Positions 29,757 to 39,302 of a DNA stretch of 64,000 bases are shown here, piece after piece. The stretch spans positions 1-64,000 of the IMG/VR virus record IMGVR_UViG_3300032270_001445; one strand, given 5' to 3'. Below the pieces are notes generated by a model. The model did not search any database. It had not been told where the DNA came from and saw nothing but the letters and a program-made list of their open reading frames with translations. A program made the position numbers and the translations under genes. Each line of letters begins with the position of its first letter. Positions within the stretch are counted from its first letter, which is position 1. This stretch comes from a virus (Duplodnaviria; Caudoviricetes).

Positions 29757-30673
29757 CTGAGGGATACCGAGATGTATTGGTCAAGGATTGCGGCTGCAGT
29801 TGGCGGTATTGCCAAGGCCGAGTAGCGACCGCCGACCACCTGGGGCAGTCTCTCCATGGTCGTGTCGCCCACGGTAAGCTTGGTAAGAAGCCCCATGCCG
29901 GTCTGATAGAGGGAATCTCTAGCGGCAAGGTCAATTGCAATCATTGCTGTCGCGTCCTTTATCTCGTGAGGAGGCTTCTTGTATCCGTGCTTGTAGGTAA
30001 TTCTCGCAACTGGTTGGATTAGGCCGAGGGCAACAATTGCGGGGAAAAGAGAATAGGTCACGTTTGCAAGACTGGTGACCTCAATGTAGTTCTGCGATGT
30101 GTTGATAAATAGGTCGCTTAGGTTAAACGTGGCCTTCTGCTGATTGCTTACAAAAACCTCAACCGAGTCGATGCTGATGATTGGGTTGTTGTATGGGTAT
30201 ACCCTTCTTGAGTTCTGGTTCCAGCTGTGTTGCTCCGTGGACTCCTTGTATTGAAATGTTATTCCGCAGTAGCTGTCAACCATCGAGGAGGCGACGGCTA
30301 TCAGGCGCTCAAGGCGATTGTCAGTCGACTCGCTTCCGTCAGGAAGGGATATAGCCCCAAGCTCATAATCCCTGAACTCTGAGACGGTTAGATACCCAAG
30401 CTCTTTGCCCTGGAAGGCTGTGGACCATGCGCTGCTCGCCGATGAGCTAAATAGGCGATATGCATACCAGTACCCAACGGGGGCGGAGGTGTCGTTGTAG
30501 TGGTATATGCCGACGTAGGGGTCAATTGCAGCCGTGCTTCCGAGATTTGAAAAGGTTCCAGTTTGAGCGTTTGCGTCTGCCTCGTTTGCTGCCCTGCCAA
30601 TCTGAATATGGGTGTAGGAGGCTGCCGAAGAGGCTGGGTCGCTGAGGTTGACGGTGACTTTTATCATGTTCAC
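29753..30673 (-). CDS. head-tail connector (gp6/gp15-like) with N-terminal extra domain
   Basis: YLTVSEFRDY...LERLIAVASSMVDSYCG...YKHGY...PHEIKDAT signature. Confidence 0.75.
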   Translation of the reverse strand: MNMIKVTVNLSDPASSAASYTHIQIGRAANEADANAQTGTFSNLGSTAAIDPYVGIYHYNDTSAPVGYWYAYRLFSSSASSAWSTAFQGKELGYLTVSEFRDYELGAISLPDGSESTDNRLERLIAVASSMVDSYCGITFQYKESTEQHSWNQNSRRVYPYNNPIISIDSVEVFVSNQQKATFNLSDLFINTSQNYIEVTSLANVTYSLFPAIVALGLIQPVARITYKHGYKKPPHEIKDATAMIAIDLAARDSLYQTGMGLLTKLTVGDTTMERLPQVVGGRYSALAIPPTAAAILDQYISVSLR

Positions 30674-30745
30674 ATCCTAAAGCAATGGGGCCCGCAAATC
30701 ACCTAAATTAGGTCCTGCGAGCCCCATTACAGCTACTGAGTTTGA

Positions 30746-31063
30746 TTACTCGGACTTGCCGAAGACCTTCTCCAGTTCAGCCTTTTGCGCTGCGGTGAGC
30801 TCGTCTGGCTTTGGCGAAGGGGCGTCGGCTTCAACCGTGCAGCCCTGTGCTACTGCCTGAACGAGGTACTTCGCCTTAATGTTGGCAACGCTGAGGTGGA
30901 ATCTAGCAAAGGTCCCGTCCCCAAAAACGATTGAGGAAAGACCGTCATTAGTTCTTACCTTGACAATCTGGTCGTCGGCAACTGCCGCCTTTGCCGCCGT
31001 AACGGCCTTCTTGGCAACTGCAGATGAATCTACTACAGGAGCTTCCTTCTTATCTTCAAACAT
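30746..31063 (-). CDS. small head-associated protein
   Basis: 105 aa directly downstream of capsid gene, flanked by hairpins at about 31085-31112 and 30686-30726. Confidence 0.55.
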   Translation of the reverse strand: MFEDKKEAPVVDSSAVAKKAVTAAKAAVADDQIVKVRTNDGLSSIVFGDGTFARFHLSVANIKAKYLVQAVAQGCTVEADAPSPKPDELTAAQKAELEKVFGKSE

Positions 31064-31124
31064 TTGATGCTCCCTCTAGCCTCTTGGGCCCCAGGTTTCC
31101 CTGGGGCCCATTTGGCACTTACTA

Positions 31125-32360
31125 TTAGGCTGTTACGCGAATCTTTGACTGGAACTGAGGTGCCTTGTTGGCAAACCCGAACATCACATACATGATGTAG
31201 AGGCGCGTAAGGGCACCGTTCACGCCGATTGGAATCTCGAGGGTCGTGATTGAGTCAGAGCCAAGATATGGCATTGACCAACCGGCCTCGTCTACCACGT
31301 ACATATCGCGGTAGCTGGTTCCGGAGATTGCGTATCCACCGATGGCATCACCAGGAACGGCAAGGATTGGCAAGTTGCCAGCTGCCGTAACTACTGAACC
31401 GAAGGTTGCGCCAGCAGCCTGATCCGTCTGCGAAGGTGCATTGTAACGAACGAGGTTTGTAAGCTCGTTCACAAGACCAGCGTAGTCGGTTGGGGTGCAG
31501 ACGATGGCCGACGGAGCGCCACCGTTGTCCAGAACGCCAGCAACTGCGGTGTTGATGGTGGACAGGTATGAAGCCGTCCCCTTGCCAACAATGCCGTTAC
31601 CAGCAGCTGCAGCGGACCCGAGCAGCTTGCGAAGCCCGTCAAACGAGTTGGCATCATAAGCACCAAGCTCGGTTGTTGAGGTAGCACCTGTCGTAACCGT
31701 TGCGTTGCCCTGGAACAGGGTCTTCTGAAGCTTGTGGGCAATGCCGGTCACGCCGCTGCCAAGCTCCTGCGAAAGGCCATTGAACGGCGAGCCGCCCTGA
31801 CCAAGCGCGAACTGATTCTTGAGCGTGATACCACGGCGTGTCGCAAGAACGGCCACGTTGGTCGTCTGGCGTGAATACGTCGCGTTATCGTCGGTCACAG
31901 TGCCAGTTTCAGTCTGGAAGACTGCGTCACCGTAAGCCGTCTGCTGGTTGAACGCGTGCACGAGGCCGTTTGCAGGCTCCTTGCGGATGCGCTCAAAGAA
32001 TGGGAACTTCTTCACGAACAGGCTGTAAAGGATTGGCTCGAGGTCCTGGCGGATAAGCGCCGAACCGCTGCTGCTGTCAAGTGCCTTTGCAATCTGTGGG
32101 TTTGACATCGCAAGCTGGTTAAGCACGGCCGAATCGGCCTGCTTGCCTGCCTGTGTCGAAGCCTGAACATCAAGCATCTCGTTGAGTTCAGTTGCCGAAA
32201 GCTTTGAGAACTTCTTGCGAAGCTCGCGCTGAACGGCATATGCCTCGGCTGGGTCAAACGATGACTTCTTATCTACATCGATGTCTCGACCGATGTGGCC
32301 GTCGTTAAGGGAGTTTAGACCCTTCTCGACGTCCTGTAGCTTCTCTCGTATCTCAGACAT
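31125..32360 (-). CDS. major capsid protein (HK97 fold)
   Basis: 411 aa downstream of prohead protease; ALIRQDLEP...FDGLRKL...YVMFG features of SU10-like major capsids. Confidence 0.85.
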   Translation of the reverse strand: MSEIREKLQDVEKGLNSLNDGHIGRDIDVDKKSSFDPAEAYAVQRELRKKFSKLSATELNEMLDVQASTQAGKQADSAVLNQLAMSNPQIAKALDSSSGSALIRQDLEPILYSLFVKKFPFFERIRKEPANGLVHAFNQQTAYGDAVFQTETGTVTDDNATYSRQTTNVAVLATRRGITLKNQFALGQGGSPFNGLSQELGSGVTGIAHKLQKTLFQGNATVTTGATSTTELGAYDANSFDGLRKLLGSAAAAGNGIVGKGTASYLSTINTAVAGVLDNGGAPSAIVCTPTDYAGLVNELTNLVRYNAPSQTDQAAGATFGSVVTAAGNLPILAVPGDAIGGYAISGTSYRDMYVVDEAGWSMPYLGSDSITTLEIPIGVNGALTRLYIMYVMFGFANKAPQFQSKIRVTA

Positions 32361-32363
32361 TTT

Positions 32364-34247
32364 CTACTCCTCGTCTTGCGCCTCAAGGACGCGCTGTACA
32401 TATGGGCTTAGCCACGGAGCAAACTCCGGTGACTTTACACGAACTTCCTGCGGACGGTCATAAGACTTTCTGCCGACCCCAAGAGCGCTGATGCGCTCAA
32501 TGAGTTCGAGCGCCTTCGAAAGATCCTCTTCGACCTTGGCCTTCGCCTCAGCAAGTTCGGTCACGCGCACAGAAATGGCAGCGACCTCCTCGTGAGCAGC
32601 ATTGGCTGCATCGAGAGCGGACTTTGCGATCGACTTGACTTCGTCAATAGACGAAACCTCGTCAGCCTCGACATTCTCCGCCGCCGGGGCCTCCTCAACG
32701 GGGGCCTCGACAACAACTTCCGCCTCTGCCGTTTCCGGCTGTACGGATGATTCATTTTCGCCGTCTGCAGACTTTTCAGCCTCGACTAGCGTGGCGCCAA
32801 GCGCCTCAAGGGCCTCAACCACAGGGTCCTTCTCGGACTCTTCGGCCTCGGCATCCTCTTCTACGTTAACGGCTGGCTCAGTATCCTCTGGGCTGGCTGA
32901 GGCCTTAACCTCTTCCTTCTCCTCGGCCTGATCAACTTCAGCAACTGGCTCCATTGCTGGGGCCTGCTGCCTCTCGTCTCCATCCGTGCTGACCGTAACG
33001 GTCACGCGAGTCTTCTTCTCTTCGATTTCCATTGAACTCTCCTGTTCATTCTTCTTGCTTGACGTAAATCCATTGGACACAACGCCGGAGGATGACGCCT
33101 CTTCCGTTGCTGTATCTTCGACGTCAATGCCACCAGCACCAGTATCAGTCTCGACTTCGGCGAGCGAAGATCGAATCTGCCATGACCATTTCTGGTGCAT
33201 GTCCTGGCGTTCAGCAAGGAAATTTGCAATCCCCTGCTGATTTTGTCTGGTAGCAACGTCAAATGCGGAGAGAATCCGCTTGATAAGGGCCTCGTTTGCG
33301 GAATAGACCGAAGAAGCCAAGCTTTCTGGGTCGTAGTCATCCGCAATTGGCTGTGGCGAGGACATGAGGGCAAGCTCTCTTATCTCTGCAGGGGCAGGGA
33401 CGTTAAGCTTTCTAATGTTCTCGGCGAGCGGATCTAGCGAGCCGTAGACATCCTCGTAGATCTCGCCAAAAAGCTCATGATACTGAGCAAAGGCTGGCCC
33501 AACAACGTTCCAATGCGCTCCGTGGGCCTTCACATAGAGGGCCGCAGAGTCGGCAAGCACGCCAGCAAGGGCTCCGGCAAGGGCAATGTTTTCCGGTGAC
33601 GTCTCGCCCTCAATCTCAAGAGACTTGATCGAATCAATAATCTCCCTGGCCTTTGCAAACTTATTGTTGATCTCTTCGTAGTCTTCACCAGACTCGATGC
33701 TGTCGAGGTTTACACCTGCAGCCTTGATGCTCTTAATTGCATTGTGCAAGTAGGATCTCTGGTTCGCCGGAATCCCTACAACGCTTGCCTCCATGAGGCG
33801 AACCTTCTCGATAACAATGGACTCAGGCTGGCTGTCCGTAGCCGCCTTGCGGCTTGCCTTCTCGACTCGTGCGCCAATGGATAGTCCGAGCTTGACGCCG
33901 CGCTTGATTGCGCGATATGCGCGAAGTGCCTCTGGGTTTTCGTCCTCGTTTACGACACGAATGTTGACGTCCAGGTCATAAACCTCTTGCCCAGTCTCGG
34001 AGTCAAATCGCTTGACAATCTGAGCGTCCATTGCGGATCCAAAAAGATCTTCTGGAACGTTGTAGTTGTGATTAAGAAACACAGTCATATTCTGTCTTGC
34101 CGTATCGGCCATTGACTTCAACGCGTTCAGGGACATCTCATCTCCGTGAAGGTCCCTGATCGTGGAGGAGGTGGTCCCAGTGACAAATCGCTCGCCACCC
34201 TCATTTTCGTAGGCCTTCAAGGCATTGGTGTAAATCTTGAATTCCAA
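32364..34247 (-). CDS. HK97-type prohead protease fused to a Dps/ferritin-like domain and acidic scaffold
   Basis: N-term RDLHGDEM...FLNHN...GLSIGA...LMEASVVGIPAN; central HWNVVGPAFAQYHELFGEIYE..DPLAE.IRKL; acidic tail and coiled coil; TTG start. Confidence 0.85.
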   Translation of the reverse strand: MEFKIYTNALKAYENEGGERFVTGTTSSTIRDLHGDEMSLNALKSMADTARQNMTVFLNHNYNVPEDLFGSAMDAQIVKRFDSETGQEVYDLDVNIRVVNEDENPEALRAYRAIKRGVKLGLSIGARVEKASRKAATDSQPESIVIEKVRLMEASVVGIPANQRSYLHNAIKSIKAAGVNLDSIESGEDYEEINNKFAKAREIIDSIKSLEIEGETSPENIALAGALAGVLADSAALYVKAHGAHWNVVGPAFAQYHELFGEIYEDVYGSLDPLAENIRKLNVPAPAEIRELALMSSPQPIADDYDPESLASSVYSANEALIKRILSAFDVATRQNQQGIANFLAERQDMHQKWSWQIRSSLAEVETDTGAGGIDVEDTATEEASSSGVVSNGFTSSKKNEQESSMEIEEKKTRVTVTVSTDGDERQQAPAMEPVAEVDQAEEKEEVKASASPEDTEPAVNVEEDAEAEESEKDPVVEALEALGATLVEAEKSADGENESSVQPETAEAEVVVEAPVEEAPAAENVEADEVSSIDEVKSIAKSALDAANAAHEEVAAISVRVTELAEAKAKVEEDLSKALELIERISALGVGRKSYDRPQEVRVKSPEFAPWLSPYVQRVLEAQDEE

Positions 34248-34422
34248 AATCAGATCCCCCGGCTACTGCGATTTGTTGGACAGGCAGACCGGCCAGGCAG
34301 GCCGATAAACACCTGTGTCAGTAGATAGTCCCGTATAAGCACCATCAGATAATCCCCCCTGGCTGCCATGTTTTCAAGGCTATTGATTCCTACGCATAAT
34401 AATACACTAGTTTTCACACAAA

Positions 34423-34962
34423 ATGCAGAGTTGTGTGTATACTGTCATCATGTGTGATGGGACGGCAGTCAAATGCCATTTGTGTCTAGAGCTGAATGAG
34501 GCCGAAACCGGCCTGATTGAGATTGTCCTTGCCATCCGAAAAATACAGAAAACCCTTGCCCCAATTATGCGAAGATACGAGGAGATACACCGGGCCCACC
34601 CAAGGTGTGCGATGTGCACCATCATGGTTGGGCCTGAGCATATGGAGGCCGATCTGGTCCCAGAGCCGATGGTTCCGAGGGCCAAGGGCCAGAAGCGGTA
34701 TGCCGTATGCAACGACTGCCACAAGATCCTCTCTAGGCTTAAGAGGAGCGTCCCCCAGCAGATCAAGTATCAGCGCCACGTAGAAGAAGAATTGGTCAGG
34801 GTGGCGGATGAGGATGATAAGGTTTATGATGGTTTCTGGAAAAAGTTCCGCGAAGAGAATCCGACAGATCCATCGGCCGTCGGTAAGTTAATGGGAAACC
34901 TGGACTCTGTTGCGGAGATCATGTCTGAAGACTATGCTGAAGAGGTCGATGAGGATGCTTGA
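34423..34962 (+). CDS. hypothetical Cys-containing protein
   Basis: CHLC, CAMC, CNDC pairs; first gene of the + strand portal operon. Confidence 0.55.
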   Translation: MQSCVYTVIMCDGTAVKCHLCLELNEAETGLIEIVLAIRKIQKTLAPIMRRYEEIHRAHPRCAMCTIMVGPEHMEADLVPEPMVPRAKGQKRYAVCNDCHKILSRLKRSVPQQIKYQRHVEEELVRVADEDDKVYDGFWKKFREENPTDPSAVGKLMGNLDSVAEIMSEDYAEEVDEDA

Positions 34963-35194
34963 AGTTAGCGAAAGCGTCGAGATGCAATTTGAGGACGGTA
35001 GATACGTTGTGCCAAAGTGGTGGTCCCGTCTTCCCTCATTTCGTGGCATTGGGATGGTTGATGGGATTCGTATGATACCATTCAACTATACAGATGCCAG
35101 GGGCATTGTGAATAAAGACTTGGATCAAACAGCAATTACTAACGCTATTAGATCATGGAGAACAAGAAAGCCGAAGGAGCAAAACCCGTGGTGA
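34955..35194 (+). CDS. hypothetical protein
   Basis: ATG 34955 overlapping upstream stop. Confidence 0.5.
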   Translation: MLEVSESVEMQFEDGRYVVPKWWSRLPSFRGIGMVDGIRMIPFNYTDARGIVNKDLDQTAITNAIRSWRTRKPKEQNPW

Positions 35195-37353
35195 TGATGC
35201 CCTGGGAGCGCGTAAGTCGCTCCACAGCAAATGTTCAGGCTGAAGCAGATGTTCAGGCAATAAAGGATGCAATTCTGATTCCTAACTATGACGCGCAGCC
35301 TTATGCGCGCGGGGCGGGGCAAAGTACGGTTCAGAAAAGATCAGTCAATATGCTGCGCAAGTGGTCGCGTAACAATCCGTGGATTCGCTCTGCGATAAAT
35401 CTTCGTAGGCAGCAGATCAGCCGGGCGCGATGGGATATTGTCACGATTGATGGCGAAAGCCAGGCAAACGTGGAAATTGTGCACAAGATTAAGCACTTGC
35501 TTCGTGATCCAAACACAAGAATGGATTCATGGCGCTCATTCATCGAGCCCGTTGTCGAGGACATACTTGTTCTTGACCAGGGGTGCATTGAGAAGGAGCT
35601 GACCGTTGGGGCGCGTGCCGGAAGGAGCACCGACCCGATTAAGAATCTTTGGCCAAAAGATGGTTCAAGAATTGCGTTTGACCCAGCATGGGACGGATCA
35701 AACCTTAAGAAGCCAAGGTACTTTGAGTACGACGATACCGGCAAGGTCGTTGCTGACTACAAGAACGAAGAGATGGTGGTGATTGTTGCCAACAAGGTGA
35801 CGTATTCTCCACTCGGGCTTTCCCCGCTCGAGGTTCTAGCGGAAACCATTGAGGCAGATCTTCGCGCGGCGAAGTACAACAACAACATTGTTGAACAGGC
35901 GACTCCCCCTGGCATTATTGATCTTGGCGAGGGCGTGCGCCCAGACCAGGTAGATGCCTTCAAGTCATACTGGGAAGGCGAGATTGCAGGCAAGAGCCAG
36001 ACCGCCATCACGGGCGGGGGCAAGGGTGTCAAGTGGATACCAATGGCCCAATCGAATCGCGACATGCAATTCATGGAGTGGCAGATCTATCTCGCGAGAA
36101 AGATCTGTGCAGTCTTCGGCGTTCAGCCGCAAGACATCGGACTCAACTTTGATGTAAACAAGAGTACGTCTGAGTACGGGGCAGCGTTCACTGCCGATAA
36201 CGGGATCGCACCGCTGTGCGAGCTGATCGCGGACTATATTACCCGCGAGATCGTCTGGCTGTATGACAGAAACCTAAGATTTGTTTACACCGACGTTGGC
36301 AGGGAATCTGCCCAGGCAGTCGCCGACTACTACAAGGCCGCACTTGCAGGTCTTCCGTGGCTGCGGCTCAACGATGCCCTTAAGGAGCGAGGACAGGATG
36401 CCGTTGGCGACCTTGGCAATGAGATCTGGCTTCCGAGCCCGCTTGGGTACATGCCACTCAGGTACTACGAGCTTTACCTCAAGGGCAAGGTTGGCGACCC
36501 CGACCAACCGGCACCACCAACCGTTCCAGACGCTCCTGAGGGTGCAGTGGACGATTCTCCAGGCGCGCCGAAGCCGCCGAGCAAGCCGGACCAAGGCAAG
36601 GATCAGCTAGATTCAAAGCCAAATCCCGACATGAACGCGCGCCAGCAATCCGGCAAGAAGTCTGCTGTGATTATTGAGTCAGACAATGTCCTGGACGAGA
36701 ACTGCCCCGCCCACATAATTGATGAGCTTGACATGTACATCGAGGCAGGGGTGGAAATCATTGCAATCACACGCTCAAAGGAAAGCCCTGATCTGATTAA
36801 GGATCTTCTTGGGGATTTCGGAATACCTGTCGCAGATGTAATTCGCAACACGTTCCCGGACGACGCCGCCCTCCACTTTAAGAGATACGAGTCTCAGAAG
36901 GTTGAAAGAGACGGCTACAATGTGGTCGCATTCTACGATACTGACGAACAGGCGGCGCGCGCGTACTCTTCGTCTCATCCAACAGCGAAGAACATTGCCG
37001 AGGTTGAAATCGAGAACGCCGACGGGATAAACCTCGATGTTCCTTCTGGCGTGAAGTCTGAGGCCCAGAAGGGTCTCGACTGGAGAAGAGAGTTTGGTCG
37101 TGGCGGTATTGGCCCAGGCCAGCAAACCGCACGAATGCTCGTTGGCAACAAGATGACAGTTGCTCGCGTCAGAAAGATGCGTTCGTATCTTGCCCGTCAC
37201 GAGGTTGACAAGAAGGGTGAAGGCTGGGCACCAGGGCAAAAGGGTTTCCCTTCTGCTGGAAGAATCGCCTGGGCTCTCTGGGGTGGAGATGCTGGCAAGG
37301 CATGGTCAAACAAGGTAATGCGATCAGTAGAATCCCGCGAAGCGAATGGCTGA
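35155..37353 (+). CDS. portal protein (HK97-like) with C-terminal HAD-like and WALWGG domains
   Basis: WIRSAINLRRQQIS, GLSPLEVL, ICAVFGVQP, LRLNDALKERG portal motifs in first 440 aa; Pro-rich linker; two extra domains. Confidence 0.85.
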   Translation: MENKKAEGAKPVVMMPWERVSRSTANVQAEADVQAIKDAILIPNYDAQPYARGAGQSTVQKRSVNMLRKWSRNNPWIRSAINLRRQQISRARWDIVTIDGESQANVEIVHKIKHLLRDPNTRMDSWRSFIEPVVEDILVLDQGCIEKELTVGARAGRSTDPIKNLWPKDGSRIAFDPAWDGSNLKKPRYFEYDDTGKVVADYKNEEMVVIVANKVTYSPLGLSPLEVLAETIEADLRAAKYNNNIVEQATPPGIIDLGEGVRPDQVDAFKSYWEGEIAGKSQTAITGGGKGVKWIPMAQSNRDMQFMEWQIYLARKICAVFGVQPQDIGLNFDVNKSTSEYGAAFTADNGIAPLCELIADYITREIVWLYDRNLRFVYTDVGRESAQAVADYYKAALAGLPWLRLNDALKERGQDAVGDLGNEIWLPSPLGYMPLRYYELYLKGKVGDPDQPAPPTVPDAPEGAVDDSPGAPKPPSKPDQGKDQLDSKPNPDMNARQQSGKKSAVIIESDNVLDENCPAHIIDELDMYIEAGVEIIAITRSKESPDLIKDLLGDFGIPVADVIRNTFPDDAALHFKRYESQKVERDGYNVVAFYDTDEQAARAYSSSHPTAKNIAEVEIENADGINLDVPSGVKSEAQKGLDWRREFGRGGIGPGQQTARMLVGNKMTVARVRKMRSYLARHEVDKKGEGWAPGQKGFPSAGRIAWALWGGDAGKAWSNKVMRSVESREANG

Positions 37354-37492
37354 TAAGTTTTATCATCAGCAGCCCTGCTTCTGCATGCCATGCCGAGTTC
37401 TGAAGGATTCCGGAGAGGCACCAAGGCCAAAGTTAATTGACGTGGACAAGGAGCCAGTCATTAAGAAAAGCCGTGGGCGAAAGAAGTCCTAA
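37346..37492 (+). CDS. 48-aa Cys/basic peptide
   Basis: Read manually: MADKFYHQQPCFCMPC...KKSRGRKKS; overlaps both neighbours' stop/start. Confidence 0.5.
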   Translation: MADKFYHQQPCFCMPCRVLKDSGEAPRPKLIDVDKEPVIKKSRGRKKS

Positions 37493-37806
37493 TGGGTCAT
37501 CGAGATCCGGTTACGCCCGTAATGAGAAAAGCCGTCTTGGCCAGGGACAAAGGGTGCGTTGGGCCAAGGATTGGCATGCACGACCAGTGCGGAAGCCAGT
37601 TTGGTCCTGGTACAGGCATCGTCCTGGAGATGGATCACGTTTTCAGCTATGGTATGGGGAGGCGAGGGCCATCAGAGGAATGGAACCTGGTGACCCTTTG
37701 CGGCTGGCATCACCGGATTAAAACGGAGTCCTCTCGCAAATGGCGTGAGGCTATATACGAATATTTGGAGGGCTTTGCATATGATCGAGGAGAATACGTC
37801 CCCTAG
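37492..37806 (+). CDS. HNH endonuclease (possible packaging-associated)
   Basis: VLARDKGC...EMDHV...NLVTLCGWHHRIKT. Confidence 0.85.
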   Translation: MGHRDPVTPVMRKAVLARDKGCVGPRIGMHDQCGSQFGPGTGIVLEMDHVFSYGMGRRGPSEEWNLVTLCGWHHRIKTESSRKWREAIYEYLEGFAYDRGEYVP

Positions 37807-37954
37807 CGGATATTGTCACAGCAAGGTATGTCCCGCACGAAAGTGGGGCCTCACCCGGAAGGGACTCGGACCCCTCGTAAAGAAAGGCAACGACAAGTAC
37901 CACCTGTCATGCCTCCCCGAACGCGCCTTGACAAGAGGTGATACAATCAAGTAA
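37781..37954 (+). CDS. small hypothetical protein
   Basis: CHSKVC...YHLSC; start uncertain. Confidence 0.4.
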   Translation: MIEENTSPSGYCHSKVCPARKWGLTRKGLGPLVKKGNDKYHLSCLPERALTRGDTIK

Positions 37955-37976
37955 GGTCATACTCGAAGGAGGGAAG

Positions 37977-38300
37977 ATGGCTGAAAAGGGGATCTGGTGG
38001 AGATCCTGCTACGCATGTAGCGGGAAACTCTATGAGCTCACAACTGGAATGCTGTTTTGCTCAAATGAGCACTGCATGCGTGGCGGCAGAGTGATGAGCT
38101 TTGATGAGACCATCGATAAGGCGGGATCTACGCACTCTTCGTGTATTTTGGATGAGTGCTATTCCCATAGCAAGGGGAGATACGAGAATGACGGAACTGG
38201 AGATGGTGAAGCTCGGGAGTTGGCGATTCAGTCTTCATCTAAAAAGGGTGCTCGACAGATCAGACTCCGTAGAAAAGCCGAAGGTGGCGATCGGGTTTGA
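37977..38300 (+). CDS. hypothetical zinc-finger protein
   Basis: AAGGAGG RBS; CYAC...CSNEHC. Confidence 0.5.
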   Translation: MAEKGIWWRSCYACSGKLYELTTGMLFCSNEHCMRGGRVMSFDETIDKAGSTHSSCILDECYSHSKGRYENDGTGDGEARELAIQSSSKKGARQIRLRRKAEGGDRV

Positions 38301-38427
38301 GGCTGCAAATGCAGCCGCTGGAATGGAGCCGGAACTGACCCCCGAAGATCACTCGGCGTACTACGAGGGAATCAACTACGCTCTCCAGCAATGGCTAGTC
38401 GGCTCGGATGAGTCTGGAAGGGATTGA
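38188..38427 (+). CDS. hypothetical protein
   Basis: AAGGGGAG RBS before ATG 38188; overlaps preceding ORF. Confidence 0.45.
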   Translation: MTELEMVKLGSWRFSLHLKRVLDRSDSVEKPKVAIGFEAANAAAGMEPELTPEDHSAYYEGINYALQQWLVGSDESGRD

Positions 38428-38701
38428 AGTACCAATGAAGCAAACAGGGCCAAACTTTGCAGAGCAGCGCCTGCTTCAACGCAAGAAGACCGCCTGGGTG
38501 TGGAGACTGCTCGAGGAAACTGGGATCAAGAGAAGGTTTCTTGCACGGCACCTTGGGGTGTCGTATGGTTATCTAAACCAAGTGCAGTATGGGCAGGCGC
38601 CAATCAGTAAGCCGATGCGCCAGCGTATTTCTGAATTTCTTGGTGTTGATGAAGCAAAGCTGTTCGAGGATCTCGACCAGTACATGAATAAGGAGGACTG
38701 A
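38408..38701 (+). CDS. XRE-family HTH transcriptional regulator
   Basis: LEETGIKRRFLARHLGVSYGYLNQVQYG...RISEFLGV. Confidence 0.75.
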   Translation: MSLEGIEVPMKQTGPNFAEQRLLQRKKTAWVWRLLEETGIKRRFLARHLGVSYGYLNQVQYGQAPISKPMRQRISEFLGVDEAKLFEDLDQYMNKED

Positions 38702-38702
38702 A

Positions 38703-39302
38703 ATGGCATTCGATAAGAGCGCACTCAAGGATTACGTGGATGTAGCGGAGCGAATTCGCGCGTGGTACGAAGCGTATCCAAATGCACGAATCGAAACGAA
38801 AATTGTTGAGCACACGGAGAAGCGCGTGGTGATTGAGGCTCGTGCTTACCGCGGTATAAAGGGCGAGGGCAGCAGCGACGACCTCGGGTTTATAGATCAC
38901 TACCCAGCAGGAATCGGACACAGCGCGATGCAGATTCCAGGCGCTACGCCGTACACCCGCGGTTCTGAGATTGAGAACTGCGAGACGTCGGCAGTTGGTC
39001 GCGCCCTTGTTATGGCCGGTCTTCCGTCAAAGCGTATTGCTTCAGACGACGAGATAAAGTCAAAGGGCGGCACGTCAAAGACGCTCGCGAAGGCTGCTGC
39101 AGAAGTGTTTGAGGACATGGTCCTTGCTCCGCATGTACAGAAGTTCTCCGACGATTTTGACGCGGCGACCACAATGGAGCAGTTGAACGCAGTGGGGCAG
39201 AAGGTAAACAACTCTTCCGCTGACGGAATCGAAATTGACGAGATTTCCCGAGAGTTCCTTGTCAAGAAATTCAAGAGCCGCCGCACGGAGATCGTTGGAT
39301 GA
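38703..39302 (+). CDS. single-strand annealing protein (Rad52/Sak-like)
   Basis: YVDVAERI...IENCETSAVGRAL motif; adjacent to exonuclease. Confidence 0.7.
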   Translation: MAFDKSALKDYVDVAERIRAWYEAYPNARIETKIVEHTEKRVVIEARAYRGIKGEGSSDDLGFIDHYPAGIGHSAMQIPGATPYTRGSEIENCETSAVGRALVMAGLPSKRIASDDEIKSKGGTSKTLAKAAAEVFEDMVLAPHVQKFSDDFDAATTMEQLNAVGQKVNNSSADGIEIDEISREFLVKKFKSRRTEIVG

